A stretch of DNA of 64,000 bases from Pristiophorus japonicus (lineage: Eukaryota), in assembly GCF_044704955.1 (NCBI RefSeq), contig NC_091980.1:277636001-277700000 (forward strand), in the 5' to 3' direction. The position numbers were made by a program, and so were the translations under genes. This document shows, piece after piece, positions 35,320 through 47,528 of the stretch. A model generated the notes under the pieces. That model was not told where the DNA came from, ran no database searches, and saw nothing but the letters and a program-made list of their open reading frames with translations. Position 1 is the first letter of the stretch. Each line of letters starts with the position of its first letter.

Positions 35320-36050
35320 TCAGTACCACCCCTCCGACAGTGTGGCGCTCCCTAAGTACCGCCCCTACGACAGTGCGGCACTCCCTCAGTACCGCCCCTC
35401 CGACAGTGCAGCGCTCCCTCAGTACCGCCCCTCCGACAGTGTGGCGCTCCCTCAGTTTCACCCCTCCAACAGTGCGGCGCTCCCTCAGTACTACCCCTCC
35501 GATAGTGCGGCGCTCCCTCAGTACCGCCCCTCCGACAGTGCGGCGCTCCCTCAGTACCATCCCTCCGACAGTGCAGCGCTCTCTCAGTACCGCCCCTCTG
35601 ACAGCGCACTGCAGTGCTCCCTCAGCACTGCACTGGGAGGGTCAGCTTGGATTTTGTGCTCGAGTCTCTGGAATGGGACATGAACCCACAACCTTCTGAC
35701 TCTGAGGCTAGGGTGCTGCCCACTGAGCCACAGCTGACACACCTTTACTACATCATATCTCAAACTTTAATTTCAAGACGTATCTGTTTAAAGACTCAGT
35801 TGATTTTGACTTTCCATCAATGTTTCCATTGACACGGAGAACATGAGATTCTCTGATATATACATGGACATGTCTAACTCTGACTATCTCCTTTCGTTAG
35901 CCCATCCCTTGCCCTGTGAGGTGGAATAGCACTTGGTTATGCACACTCGACCAGCTCCGCTGGGCAGGCCACATTGTCCGCATGCCCGACACGAGACTCC
36001 CAAAGCAAGCGCTCTACTCGGAATTCCTACACGGTAAACGAGCCAAAGGT
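35320..36050 (+). repeat. Segmental paralog of window 1-~850 (SINE minisatellite, unique spacer, RTE junction)
   Basis: Shared non-TE text ...GACTTTCCATCAATGTTTCCATT(A/G)ACACGGAGAACATGAGATTCTCTGATATATACATGGACATGTCTAA... and the same RTE breakpoint. Confidence 0.9.
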
Positions 36051-36463
36051 GCTCCCTCAGTACCGCCCCTCTGACAGCGCAGTGCAGCGCTCCCTCAGTA
36101 CCGCCCCTCTGACAGCGCAGTGCGGCGCTCCCTTAGTACCGCCCCTCCGACAGCGCAGTACGGCGCTCCCTCAGTACCGCCCTCCAACAGTGCGGTGCAC
36201 CCTCAGTACCGCCCCTCCGACAGTGTGCTGCTCACTCAGAACTGCCCCTCCAACAGTGCGGCACTCCCTCAGTACAGTCCCTCTGACAGTACGGTGCTCC
36301 CTCAGTACTGCCCCTCTGACAGTGCGGCACTCCCTCAGTACTGCCCCTCCAACAGTGCGGCACTCCCTCAGTACTGCCCTTCTGACAACGCAGAGCGGCA
36401 CTCCCTCAGTACTGTCCCTCCGACAGCGCAGTGTGGTGCTCCCTCAGTACCGCCCCTCCGACC
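36050..36463. repeat. 32/37-bp SINE-derived minisatellite
   Basis: Tandem CTCCCTCAGTACCGCCCCTCCGACAG units. Confidence 0.85.
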
Positions 36464-36467
36464 GTAT

Positions 36468-38290
36468 GGCGGGTGTTGATCCTGCAGGGAGAAACGATTG
36501 ATAGTTACTTTGTAATAACCACAGATTCTGATGGTGCCATCTTCCTTGAGGACTGGAATAATCGGACTGGCCCACTCGTTGAATTCGATCAGCGAAATAA
36601 TGCCCTCTCGTTGCAGCCGGTGCAGCTCGATCTCCACCTTCTCTCTCATCATGTACGGTATTGCTCTCATCTTGTGATGGATGGGTCGCTCCCCCGGAAT
36701 TTGGTAGATCTGCACTTTTGCTCCTTGGAACTTCCCGATGCCTGGTTCGAACAGCGAGGGGAACTTGTTTAGGACCTGGGTACACGAAGTGTCGTCAACG
36801 GGCAAGAGCGCTCGGACCTCGTCCCAGTTCCAGCGCATCTTTCCCAGCCGAGCAGCATGGGGCCATCGCCCGGTACCACCCAGAGTGGTAACTTGTGCAC
36901 AGCTCCATCGTAGGATGCCCTTACAATAGCACTGCCGATTACGGGAATCAGTTCCTTTGTATAAGTTCTCAGTTTAGTGCGAATGGGAGTCAGGACTGGC
37001 CTTGAGCCCTTAATGTACCACAATTTATCGAAAGTCTTTTTGTTCATAATGGACTGGCTCGCACCCATGTCCAACTCCATTGACACCGAGAGTCCATTTA
37101 ATTCAACCTTCAGCATTATCGGGGGACACTTTGTGGTAAATGTGTGCACCCCATAAACCTCTGCCTTCTCGGTCTGAGGCTCTGGTTCGTCGTGATCCGC
37201 CGTGGATTTGTCGTCCTCTGCAACATGGTGGTTTGCAGGATTAACAGGGTTTGCAGTGCACCTGCACATATATTGGAGGTGTGCTATTGTTCCACACCCC
37301 TTGCAAACGTATCCTTTGAAGCGACATGAATGGAAACAATGATCACCTCTGCAGCGCCAACAAGATGTTAATGGCCTAGCATTCATCACCCTTGATGGTG
37401 GACTCTGAGACATCTGCGGACGTGCAGCTGCAGGCATGTGAGGCCTGCCCTACGATTCAAAAACAACATTACTTTGTTCACACTACTTGTAGCAGCACTC
37501 GTGTGCTGAGAGATTTGCTTGGTATTGTCACAGGTGGCAAAGAACGCCTGGGCTATCGCTGTGGCTTTACTCAAGGTTGGTTTCTCTACAGTTAAAAGTT
37601 TGCGAAGTATTACTTCATGGCCAATGCCAAATATAAAGAAGTCCTTGAGCGTGTGCTCCAAATGTCCTTCAAATTTGCAATGTCCTGCAAGGCGTCTTAG
37701 CTCGGCGACATAGCTTGTCACTTCCTAGCCTTCAGACCTCTTGTACGTGTAGAACCGGTACCTTGTCATCAGAACGCTTTCCTTCTGGTTAAGATGCTCC
37801 CGAACCAGTGTGCAAAGATCATCATATGATTTCTCTGTGGGTTTCACTGGAGCAAGCAAATTTTTCATGAGGCCATACACTGGTGCCCCACAAACGGTGA
37901 GGAGAATTGCCCTTTGTTTGGCAGCGTTCACTTCTCCTTCCAGCTCGTTGGCCACGAAGTATTGGTCGAGTCGCTCCACGAAGGTTTCCCAATCATCTCC
38001 CTCCGAAAATTTCTCCAGGATGCCCACTGTTCTCTGCATCATTACGGTGGGGTTCGTCATCTGTATCTTGTCGCCAGTTGTTATGTATTAAATAAAGAGT
38101 CTGACCAGATACTGTGAGCGCAAAGTAAAGTGTGACCTTAGTCTTTTATTACAGGTCTCCAGAGTGCCTCTCCAGCCTGTGAGGCCTCCTTAAGTGCAGG
38201 TGCTCCCAAGGGATTGTGGGATCCCTTGGGACTCCAGGGGATGAGCCCTCTGGTGGTTAAATAAGTATTTACAGGTTTACATATATAACA
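36468..38290 (-). mobile_element. Gypsy 5' half (LTR 38079-38290, gag, PR, start of RT), truncated at the minisatellite
   Basis: PBS CTGGCGAC, gag FSEGDDWETFVERLDQYF, CWRCRGDH knuckle, MELDMGAS; the RT ends at RFSLQDQHP. Confidence 0.9.
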
Positions 38291-41200
38291 TAGGCCTTAT
38301 CCACATCGGGTATATTGAGACAGGCATTCATACCTGCACCAGAGTGATGCAGACTGTGTGAGAAGGCTGCGTTGCCGCAAAGAAGTTAATAAAAGCAGAC
38401 CTGCACCCTAGAAGCGTCAGAGGACTGCTTTGTCAGTTTTTTCGGCGCACAATTTAGGCTGCAACACCCCCCCCCCCACCCCCCGAAGTTAAAGGACAGG
38501 CTGTGCGGCACCAATTAAAGAAAATAGAATGGGGAAACTTGCTACTTTTTATTTTGTAGTCGGGGCCAAAAAAAAAGGGTCTTAACTCGTGCAATACGCC
38601 AAAAAATGGAATTGGGGAAAATTGAGCACTATGAACCGAAAAGAACTAATTTAAATTTTGTGCAATGTCAAATTTATCTATTTTAGTAAAAATTGAAAAT
38701 TTTAAGACATTTTTTAAAGTTTGTTAATCTATATTTCAGGTGTGCCTTTTTCCCATGTGAAAGAGAAATGTTTGTTTTGCTCTCTCTAACATTTTTTTAA
38801 AAGTTAGAATTTTAGGAGCTTGTTCACTGTGAGAATTCTGCATTTTGATTCAGTGCTTAGACAGCTTTTTGACGTTGATTTGAATTACACGTTGGAAACG
38901 CCAAACTTCTCGTCACAGAGATTGCAAGATCTTTGTGCGAAGCTCACTTCGGGGCCAGCAGAAAACGCCTTTGCTCCACAGTTGACTGCAAATTCCGGCC
39001 ATTGCAGTTTCATCATCCAAGTATACTTTGCTGAATTGTTCTGTTGCTATGACTTTCAAAAGACTTTTGATAAAGTACCACATAATAGAATTGTTAGCTA
39101 AAATTGAAGCCCAAAGGTCAAAAGAGGTAGCATGGGTATGAAATTGGCTAAGGGACAAAAAGCAAAGAAGTAGTAGTGTACGTTTGTTTTTCAGACTGCA
39201 GGGAAGCATACAGGCCTTGGTAGTAGGACCATTGCTCTTTTGATACATATTAATGACCTGGTCTTGGGCATACAGGGCATAATTTCCAAGTTGGCAGATT
39301 GCACAGTTACGTGAAGAGACTAGAGGAGTTGGGATTGTTCTCCTTAGAGTAGCAATGGTTTAGAGATTTCAGAGTTGTTCAAAATCATGAATAGCTTTGA
39401 TAGAGTAAGTAAGGAGAAACTGATTTCAGTGGCAGAGATTTAAGGTAATTGGTAAAAGAACCAAAGGTGAGATGTGGCAAAAAAATTTTACGGAGCAAGT
39501 TGTTATGATCTGGATGCGCTGCCTGAAAGGGTAATGGAAGAAGATTAAATAATAATTTTTGAAAGGGAATTGGATAAACACTTGAAGGCGAAAATAGTGC
39601 AGGGCTGTGGGGAAAGGCCAGGCAAGTGGGACTAAATGGCGAGCTCCTTCAAAGAGCCAGCACAGGCACGATAGGCCAAATGGCCTCTCTCTGTGCTGTA
39701 AATCATTCTATGATTCTATGATAGTGCTAGGTACACAAATCCAGGATATTGACCCAGCGATGGTTAAATAATGGTGATATATGTCCAGGTGAGGATGGTA
39801 TGTGACTGGCAGGGCAACTTGGCGATGATGGTGTTCCCACGATAATGCTTATTTAGACCTTCTTGGTGGTAGATGTTGCAAGGGAGGGAGATGTTGCTGA
39901 AGTAACTTGGCGAGTTGTTGTAGTGCATCCTATAGATTGTACGTACTGCACCTACAGTGTACTGAGGATGGAGAGGGTGGATATCAAGTCGAGTGGTTTG
40001 GTGCTGTTTGAGTGAATTGCTCTGTCTTGGATGGTGAAACTCCTTGTGTGTTGTTGCGGCTGCACCTATCCAGGCGAATAATGAGTCGTCCATCACGCTA
40101 TGACTTTGAGGAGCCAGGACGTGAGCCACTTGTCACAGAATACTCAGTTATTTGAATAGTCATGGTGCTGATATCACAAATCCAGTTAAACTTCTAGCCA
40201 ATGATTTAAAACTGAAATGAGGAGAAATTTCTTCTCTCAGAGGGTTGTAAATCTATGGAATTCTCTGTCCCAGAGAGCTGTGGAGGCTGGGTCATTGAAT
40301 ATATTTAAGGCAGAGATTGACGGATTTTTGAGCGATAAGGGAGTAAAGGGTTATGGGAGTGGGCAGGGAAGTGGAGTTGAGTCCATGATCAGATCAGCTA
40401 TGATCTTATTGAATGGCGGAGCAGGCTCGAGGGACTAAATGGCATACTCCTGCTCCTATTTCTTCTGTTATGTTCTTATGTTCTCTTATATTTTTATGTT
40501 GATAGTGGTGCAGTTGAAGATTGGGAGAATGGCTGGTCTTTTTCTTGTTCAAACTGATCATTGCCTGGCACTTAAGTGGTACAAATGTTACCTGTCACTT
40601 GTCAACCCAAGCCTAGATGCTATCCAGCTCCTGCTGTAAGCTATCATGAGCTGCTTCATTATTGGAGGAGCTGTGAATGAAGTTAACCACTGTAAAATTA
40701 TCAGCAAATAACCCCCCTTACGATGGAGACAAGGTCATTGAAGTGGATGGAAATGGTTAGGCTGAGGGACTTTATCTGAGGAACTCCTGCTGCAATACCA
40801 TGGGCTGCAATGATTGATCTCTAACTACCACAAGCATCTATCTTTTGAGTAACTGGAGAGTTTTTGTTTTGATCCCATTTTGCTTAGGGTCCTTGGTGCC
40901 ATACTTGGTTGAATGTTGCCTTAATGTTGGGGGCAGCTAATCTCATCTATCTGCTGATATTCAACTCTTGCATCTGCATCTGGATCAAGGCTGTGATGAG
41001 GTCTGGAACTGAGAGATTCTGATGGAACCTGAAGTGTGAGATTTTAAAGTGAGTTTTAACTTGGGACCATTACCATTTTGTTTTCATCTTTACAGGCTAG
41101 GCAGATCATTTTCACATCCTCGTTGAAAATTGTTTTCTGACTTCTAGCACTGCTTAGGTTGTGAGTGAATGTCAGTAATTTAATTGCACTGTGTATAGGG

Positions 41201-42566
41201 CTTTGAATTTTCTCATTCAGTCCAGCTGACATAGGTAAGATTAATGCTCCAGTCTGGCTGTGACCAAAGTGATATTACTTTCAACCTAAATCCCCGAGCT
41301 CATAAGAAGAGGTGCTTTCCATTTAATGGTAAGTAGCTGTAATCTATTTAAAGTCTAGCCGACACTTCATAAGATAGTATTTGTGAATATGTTGCTCAAA
41401 CCCCAGATACCTTGAAGTTCTCCTTATTACAGGATCACAGTCATATCAATAATCTTCATTTAGCATTGATTCCTCAAAAGGTTTGCAGAAAGAATGTTAT
41501 GCAGAGTGAGGAGATATAGGTTGAGGTCGAGGCATATTGTCAGGACAATTGAGGAGTACCTTTGAACGCATCATACCATTTGGTCATTCTTAATGTCATC
41601 ACTCGGGATATTATGGTTACAAAAGTACAACTACTGTTATTCCCCATTTTGGTATGCACATAGCATAATATATATGTATATATTTCTGCATAAAGTATCT
41701 AGTATTTTTAAAGAGCACTGGCTTCATGAAAAATATTTGTAATGTTTTCCTTTTTTTACGAACCCACAACACGATGACATATATTTGATTTTCCAATAAT
41801 GGGGATAAATGGGGTTAAGGTGGACCAGTAGGCAGGCTTGTTGTACCTGCAGCATAGTGGACTGGCATGGTCTAAGTATTCCATGGGAGCCCCTTCATTT
41901 AAATTGAATAAGCAATAGGCCCAGTGAAGACATATCCCAGAGAGCTTAACCTGTAACATCGTTGGCCAGAGGTATTAAAATCCAGGAAAGGAACAGCTCT
42001 TGAGCAGCTACAGACAGCCATTGCTGCCGCAGGCACACCACAACCTAATTTGTGCACAGAAAATTGCCAGATGCGAATTCAGGCACATTGGGACTTTGGC
42101 CTTTGCGGCCATGGACCTCATTTCCAAACCTCAACCAACTTTACTCTGCCAGTAGAGCCTCATAAAATGGATCCAACTGTATAAAAAGGCATCAACATGT
42201 CACATAGAAAATACATCGTCCTATTGAAAATGATGATCAGCTCTTGTGACTCAACAAATAAAAGAAAATAAGTTTAGCAGACACTACTTCATGAGGAGGT
42301 TTGAACAAAAACGCTGCAAACGACACTTTAAAAGTTCAGATGCATTATCTACTTTAATGTAAATTATATTAAACAACCGTGTACTAGGCTTTTTACAAAG
42401 GATGATAAACAATGTCTATATTTGATGCACTTGGTTATTAATGAAGAAAGCTTTATTTGGCTAACCTTCAAACTATTTAAACGTTAACTGCTGTTAGAAG
42501 TAACTTCATTGTTTTCCATTTATTAATGTTACATTTTTTTGTGAATGAGTGGAGTTTGCGCCAGTA

Positions 42567-42755
42567 TTAAACAGTGGGGTTCATCACTCTTCCTGCAAAC
42601 AGGACACTCTTGGTGCTGTGATCAGCAATTAATAGTAAGAAGGGTCTGTTAAATTTAAGCTGAGGAGGCATTGACATTGGCATTAAACCAATTCCTGTAA
42701 CTGCTGTCGCTTCCGTTCCTCTTTCATCAACATCCAGCACGGCCTCATGAACCAT
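42567..42755 (-). CDS. SERPINA1: Alpha-1-antitrypsin-like serpin, last coding exon (reactive centre loop)
   Basis: MVHEAVLDVDERGTEATAVTGIGLMPMSMPPQLKFNRPFLLLI...LFAGRVMNPTV*; acceptor TTGTAG in phase 0; AATAAA downstream (~42519 and ~42452). The symbol denotes family likeness, not proven orthology. Confidence 0.95.
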   Translation of the reverse strand: MVHEAVLDVDERGTEATAVTGIGLMPMSMPPQLKFNRPFLLLIADHSTKSVLFAGRVMNPTV

Positions 42756-42855
42756 CTACAAGAACAAGGAACCATGACATCTGATTAATAGAAATGACAT
42801 ACCTTTGAACAGCTTAATGCATGTTCTTTAATAGTTAGTTTAATATTAAATCAGT

Positions 42856-43516
42856 GGTGGTGAAATTCATTATCGTTCCGCCCCTCTCGAGAAATTCGGG
42901 TTACCGCCCCCAGAAGGAAGCGGAGCACTAAATCAAATGCTTCACCTCCTTTCAGGGGTGCTAACGGGGCGGACACCTCAGCAGCACTGCACACTGGGCC
43001 AAGCAGTGCTGCCGCGTGCCAGGGGCTCTTGCCTCACTTAAAGGGACGGGCCCACGCTGCCGACTCTGCAGAAAGAAAACGGACCTACCTGGACCACCAG
43101 GGAGTGAGGGTGCCGCGTGATCAGCCCAGCACTCAAGCAGAGGGACAGGCTGAGCGATCGCGGCCGGGACCCTGCGAAGAAAACGGAGCAGCAGCAGGAA
43201 ATACAAGGTGAGTTTTGTTTTCGCCCAGCTACCTGGCCTTTAATTTTCGCCCCGCCCGATCCACACCTCCTGCAGCTGTTGGTGCTTCCGCCTGGCGCTG
43301 CTGCAGGGGGCAGAAGTGAATTTTGGGGGGGCGCGGTGCTAACGGGGCAATGCGTGTGGCGATGCTCGTGGTGATGATGTCACGATCTCCGGGCGCAGGA
43401 GATCGGGGCGCAATGCTGTAGCACCGCCACTAAACTTCTGCCATGCCAGTGTCGTGCCCGGGCGGTAGGTATTTGCACCCCGTTCGGGAGGCGCAAAAGC
43501 GGCAAATTTCTAGCCC
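42856..43516. mobile_element. GC-rich MITE, probably Harbinger-type, in a serpin intron
   Basis: Imperfect TIR GGxxxxGAAATT/AATTTCTAGCCC with a 3-bp AGT duplication. Confidence 0.55.
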
Positions 43517-44294
43517 AGTGTTTATAATCCAGCAATTAAAAAAACAGCTGGTTTAAATAACAATTCTATCATTCCTTAGGTCGTTACAGACCTGCCATGC
43601 TTGAATTGTCCAATCGTGCACCACCAAATTCTTTGCCAGTGTTACACCAGTCCAAGAAATGGGATAAAATATTGAATATTTGGATAGAACAAATGATTAC
43701 GATAAATGTCGACAATGTATCAATCTCTATTTTTTTTTAAAAGAACCTCGCTCCTTTGCTCTATTCTGCTCTGTCACCATGGCAAACATCGGGGTCAGGT
43801 ATTCCTCGGAGATGCTCCCGTTCCGCCGGCGTTACTATGCCAGAAGGGCAACAGGGACCCCGTCTACGCAGCTCTTAACTCTATGAACATCGGGACTGTC
43901 CAAGATTCAGTGGTCATTCTTTCACTGTAGCCACTAACCTCGCTTCATTGTGACTGTTATTGATACTAATAGGGCCAGCACTGCTTTGAACTTTCCTTTC
44001 TCCTAAGTTGCAAATATACCCTCGTCTTGAACACAGTATTCAGAACCTCTGGCAATAGCCATTTAAGTTGACTTTAGACAGTGCAGAGTAAAATAATTCT
44101 GGAGTGGTACGCAGAAAGATGAGGTGCACAAGAGAAAGATCACAAAAAAACTTAACAAGGTTTAATTGTGTCTTCTAATGATGATTATTCACATCTGAAA
44201 CATTCCAACAATTTGTCCAGATTTCACGATCTTTTGTTAGTTTAATAAAAATTCAATATTACGTGCTTTTCTGTTAATCATGAAAGTGTTTTAC

Positions 44295-44442
44295 CTTTGA
44301 TACTTTTAGTGGTACAGATTTAGTTATTTTGGAGAGGTTTGCATTATTAGTGAAGACATCTACGATACCCATTGCCATCAGTAGGTTCTTGAGCTGGTAG
44401 GATGACTTCAACGACAACTTTGGGAGGCGCAGATCCACAGTC
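44295..44442 (-). CDS. SERPINA1: Serpin coding exon 3 (148 nt)
   Basis: TVDLRLPKLSLKSSYQLKNLLMAMGIVDVFTNNANLSKITKSVPLKVSK; AG/GT boundaries, phase 2-0. Not in the ORF track. Confidence 0.95.
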
Positions 44443-47257
44443 CTATTACAAACATAGTGTCAGAAAGATATTACTTCACTCATCATATTCTCTAAAATTG
44501 TACACTTGGCTTATTAAGTTTTAATTTTTTAATTTTAATCTTTAATGTATATATTCCCAGTTTTCATCCATTGACACCATTTTTCACAAGGCAGTGGTGA
44601 TTCCTGCTGAAACATGGTTCCAGGGTGCCATTGGTATTTTCCCGACTAGCCGATCTTTATGTTTGAACAGTCTCAGTAAATGTTTCACCACCGAGAACGT
44701 CACAGAGAAATCGGATCATGTGATGTTCTCACTCATTGCCCATACACTTGTTTTCCAGCAGGGGGTCACAGGATAGCAACCAGGAGCAGGAAGTCCATTT
44801 GCATTTTTGCTCCCTCGCTCAGAGACTCTAGGAACAGTACTTGTTAAAATGGATTCAATTTACCATCCAAAAAGTTTTAAATTTAAAGCTGTTGTCAGCA
44901 AAAGTGTGTTTTTAAGTTTAGTTCTGATATCCAATGTATACTAATTCGAAGAACATAAGAAAGAGGAGCAGGAGTAAGCTATATGGCCCACCGATAAGAT
45001 CAGGGCTCAACTTCGACATCAACTCCACTTTGCTGTCCTATCCCCATATCCCTTGATTTCCTTAGTGCCCAAAAACTTAGCGATCTCAGTCTTGAATATA
45101 TTCATCGACTGAGCATCCACAAACCCTTGGGACAGAGAATTCCAAAGATTCACAACTCTCTGAGTGAAGAAGTTTCTCCTCATCTCAACAAGAAAGTTCC
45201 TTTGACTCATCTAGCTTATTCCTTCCATCCAATTACAGTTTATTGGGCCATAATTTGGTCTCAGCGGTGAACGAATGGCACCAGCAGTTAGTTGCACTTG
45301 CCCATAGATTTTCTTTGGGGTTTTGCACTGGAACGTACTTTAAATTAAAGCCAAAAAGCCCAACACTCTTTACAGGGGATTTGGGACCTTTGTGACCAAG
45401 GAAAGCAACTGTGTGGCTCTTTAACCAATCAGATTGAAGAATCATTAATGAGCAGCGCAGAGTCTTAACCAGGAAGTGTCAGTTAGAACATCGAATACAA
45501 TGTCAAATCAGGTACAGAAAGTGAAATAATGAGAGGGAAAGAAATATTGGATTAAGAGAGATTAAAAAAAAGATAGAAAGAAAAGGTTTTAAAATTATTT
45601 AAATGTTTGTATTTTTTTAAATCTCCAACAATAATTAAAATCTGAAGGAATGAGAATCCACACTTGTAAAAGTTAATTTTCATTGCCAGAGAGATTGTTT
45701 GCCAATAATTAAGACTTATCACACCATTAATAGGGTATTTACACTGGAATGGACAAGCCCTAACTTTTTATGGCAAGTTTAGTCCATATCTATGATGTAA
45801 GTACAGCAACTTCATGCCATTCAATGTATTCGAATGGTGCATCAGACAGTAAGATGCTGTTTTCAGGAAGTTTTTGGAGGAACATCGCATCTCAGACAGC
45901 AACTTCGGATTTCCTCTTTCAACTAAGCATGTATGGTCGCTAGAAGTTGATGTCTGAGTTCCACGTAAATAATGGTGAGTGCCGTTAGCCTCATTGTTAT
46001 TTCTACAGCGTGGCAGCCCCGACCTGCGAGAAACCATCAGCGGCAGATAGGGGCCATAAAAGGAGCAGCAGGCGGCGGCCATGGGCAGCCTGGCGGCATA
46101 CCACTGCAAGATACAGCGCGAGCTGGTGCAAGAGGGCGACTGCAGCGAAGAGGGACGTCAGCAAGGTCCAGGTCGGTGATTGGAGCATGAGCAGGAGCGG
46201 CGAGGTCAGGCGAAGGAGTGGTGAGAGATTGTTGAGGGATGTGATCGTGTCCCAGGAGAGACGCAATTTAGGGGCCAGAAGAGGCTTGGGCCATGGGGCA
46301 GCACGGGCTAGCCCACACTGCGATATGTGTGCGCGTGCAGCAGAGCAGGTCTCCAGTCGTCTTGGTTAACCCTTGCCACTGGACCAAGACCTCGCTCTGT
46401 CAAGCCCGTGTGGTGGCTGGTGCGCAACGGTCACCACACGTTAAAAAAGTCCACACACAGGCATCTTCCACCCTACACTATGTAGTTCGGGAACTGGAAT
46501 ACTAGGTCCTTCATTGAAACACCTGTGAAGTCATCCTTTTTTGGCATGGAAGCAAGTCATCCTCGTTCCGAGGGGCTGCCTATGATGTTGATATTTCTAC
46601 AGGAAAATCTGACCCATTATCTGCCTCCTTGAGCGTCTGCTAGAATTCTCACATTGCAAAGACTTGCGGATGATGTCACCTTATTGTAGAACTCGCTAAA
46701 ACCAACCACCTCCACCCAATAAACCACACAACCTTTTTTCTTCATATTATCTGTGAATATATCATCCCAGTATTGTACATCACTGTTCTGCAGGAAGACC
46801 ACCAGAATTTGGGTATTTTTGACTATTTTCTAGTCATCTGATGGATTCCCTTCCTTTATGGTGTATAATGGAGGTTGAACTGTGATACAATTTAGCAGTG
46901 TAAAGGACTCTCCCCAACTTACTCAGGAGGGTCAGTAACCATTGATAAAACTCTCCTGACCAGAACTAATGAATCCAAAATTCCACAACATAAAATAGTT
47001 ATTTGAAAGTATAGGTCACCTTTCACTAATGGAAATATAAACTCTGTCCCCTCTCAGTTTTTTTTCACTTTCAGACCTCCTTTGCTGAATCTTGAGGCAC
47101 TAAGAGAATGCAATCTAAAAGAAGTTGATGACTAAAGTAGAACTACCACGAAACAATGTTTTTTTTTAACTTCTTGTAGCTGATTGTAATACACCACCTC
47201 TGTGCAGCTAAAAAAATAATGGCATTTAACTTAATTTCACTGATGCGATAAGCTTAC

Positions 47258-47528
47258 CCAATCCGTAATGAATTTATTAAGTTTTGAAAATTGGTAATGG
47301 TCAGATTTTGTTCCACCCCTGCCAATTTTCCCGGGTCTGGTAGTATCAACACCAGGGAAGCATTTCCTTTATATGGAACCAAAATCACAGAACTGGAAAG
47401 ATCTTCATCGTAATTCATAGCAAATCTTCCTTTCCTCTTCATCATTTGAACTTTAACTGTTGTTGTATCATCTACATGAAAGTTATCTTCATAAGTGTTC
47501 TGAGGATCAAAAGGTTTCACCCATTTAC
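47258..47528 (-). CDS. SERPINA1: Serpin coding exon 2 (271 nt)
   Basis: GKWVKPFDPQNTYEDNFHVDDTTTVKVQMM...VPYKGNASLVLILPDPGKL; AG/GT boundaries, phase 1-2. Confidence 0.95.
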
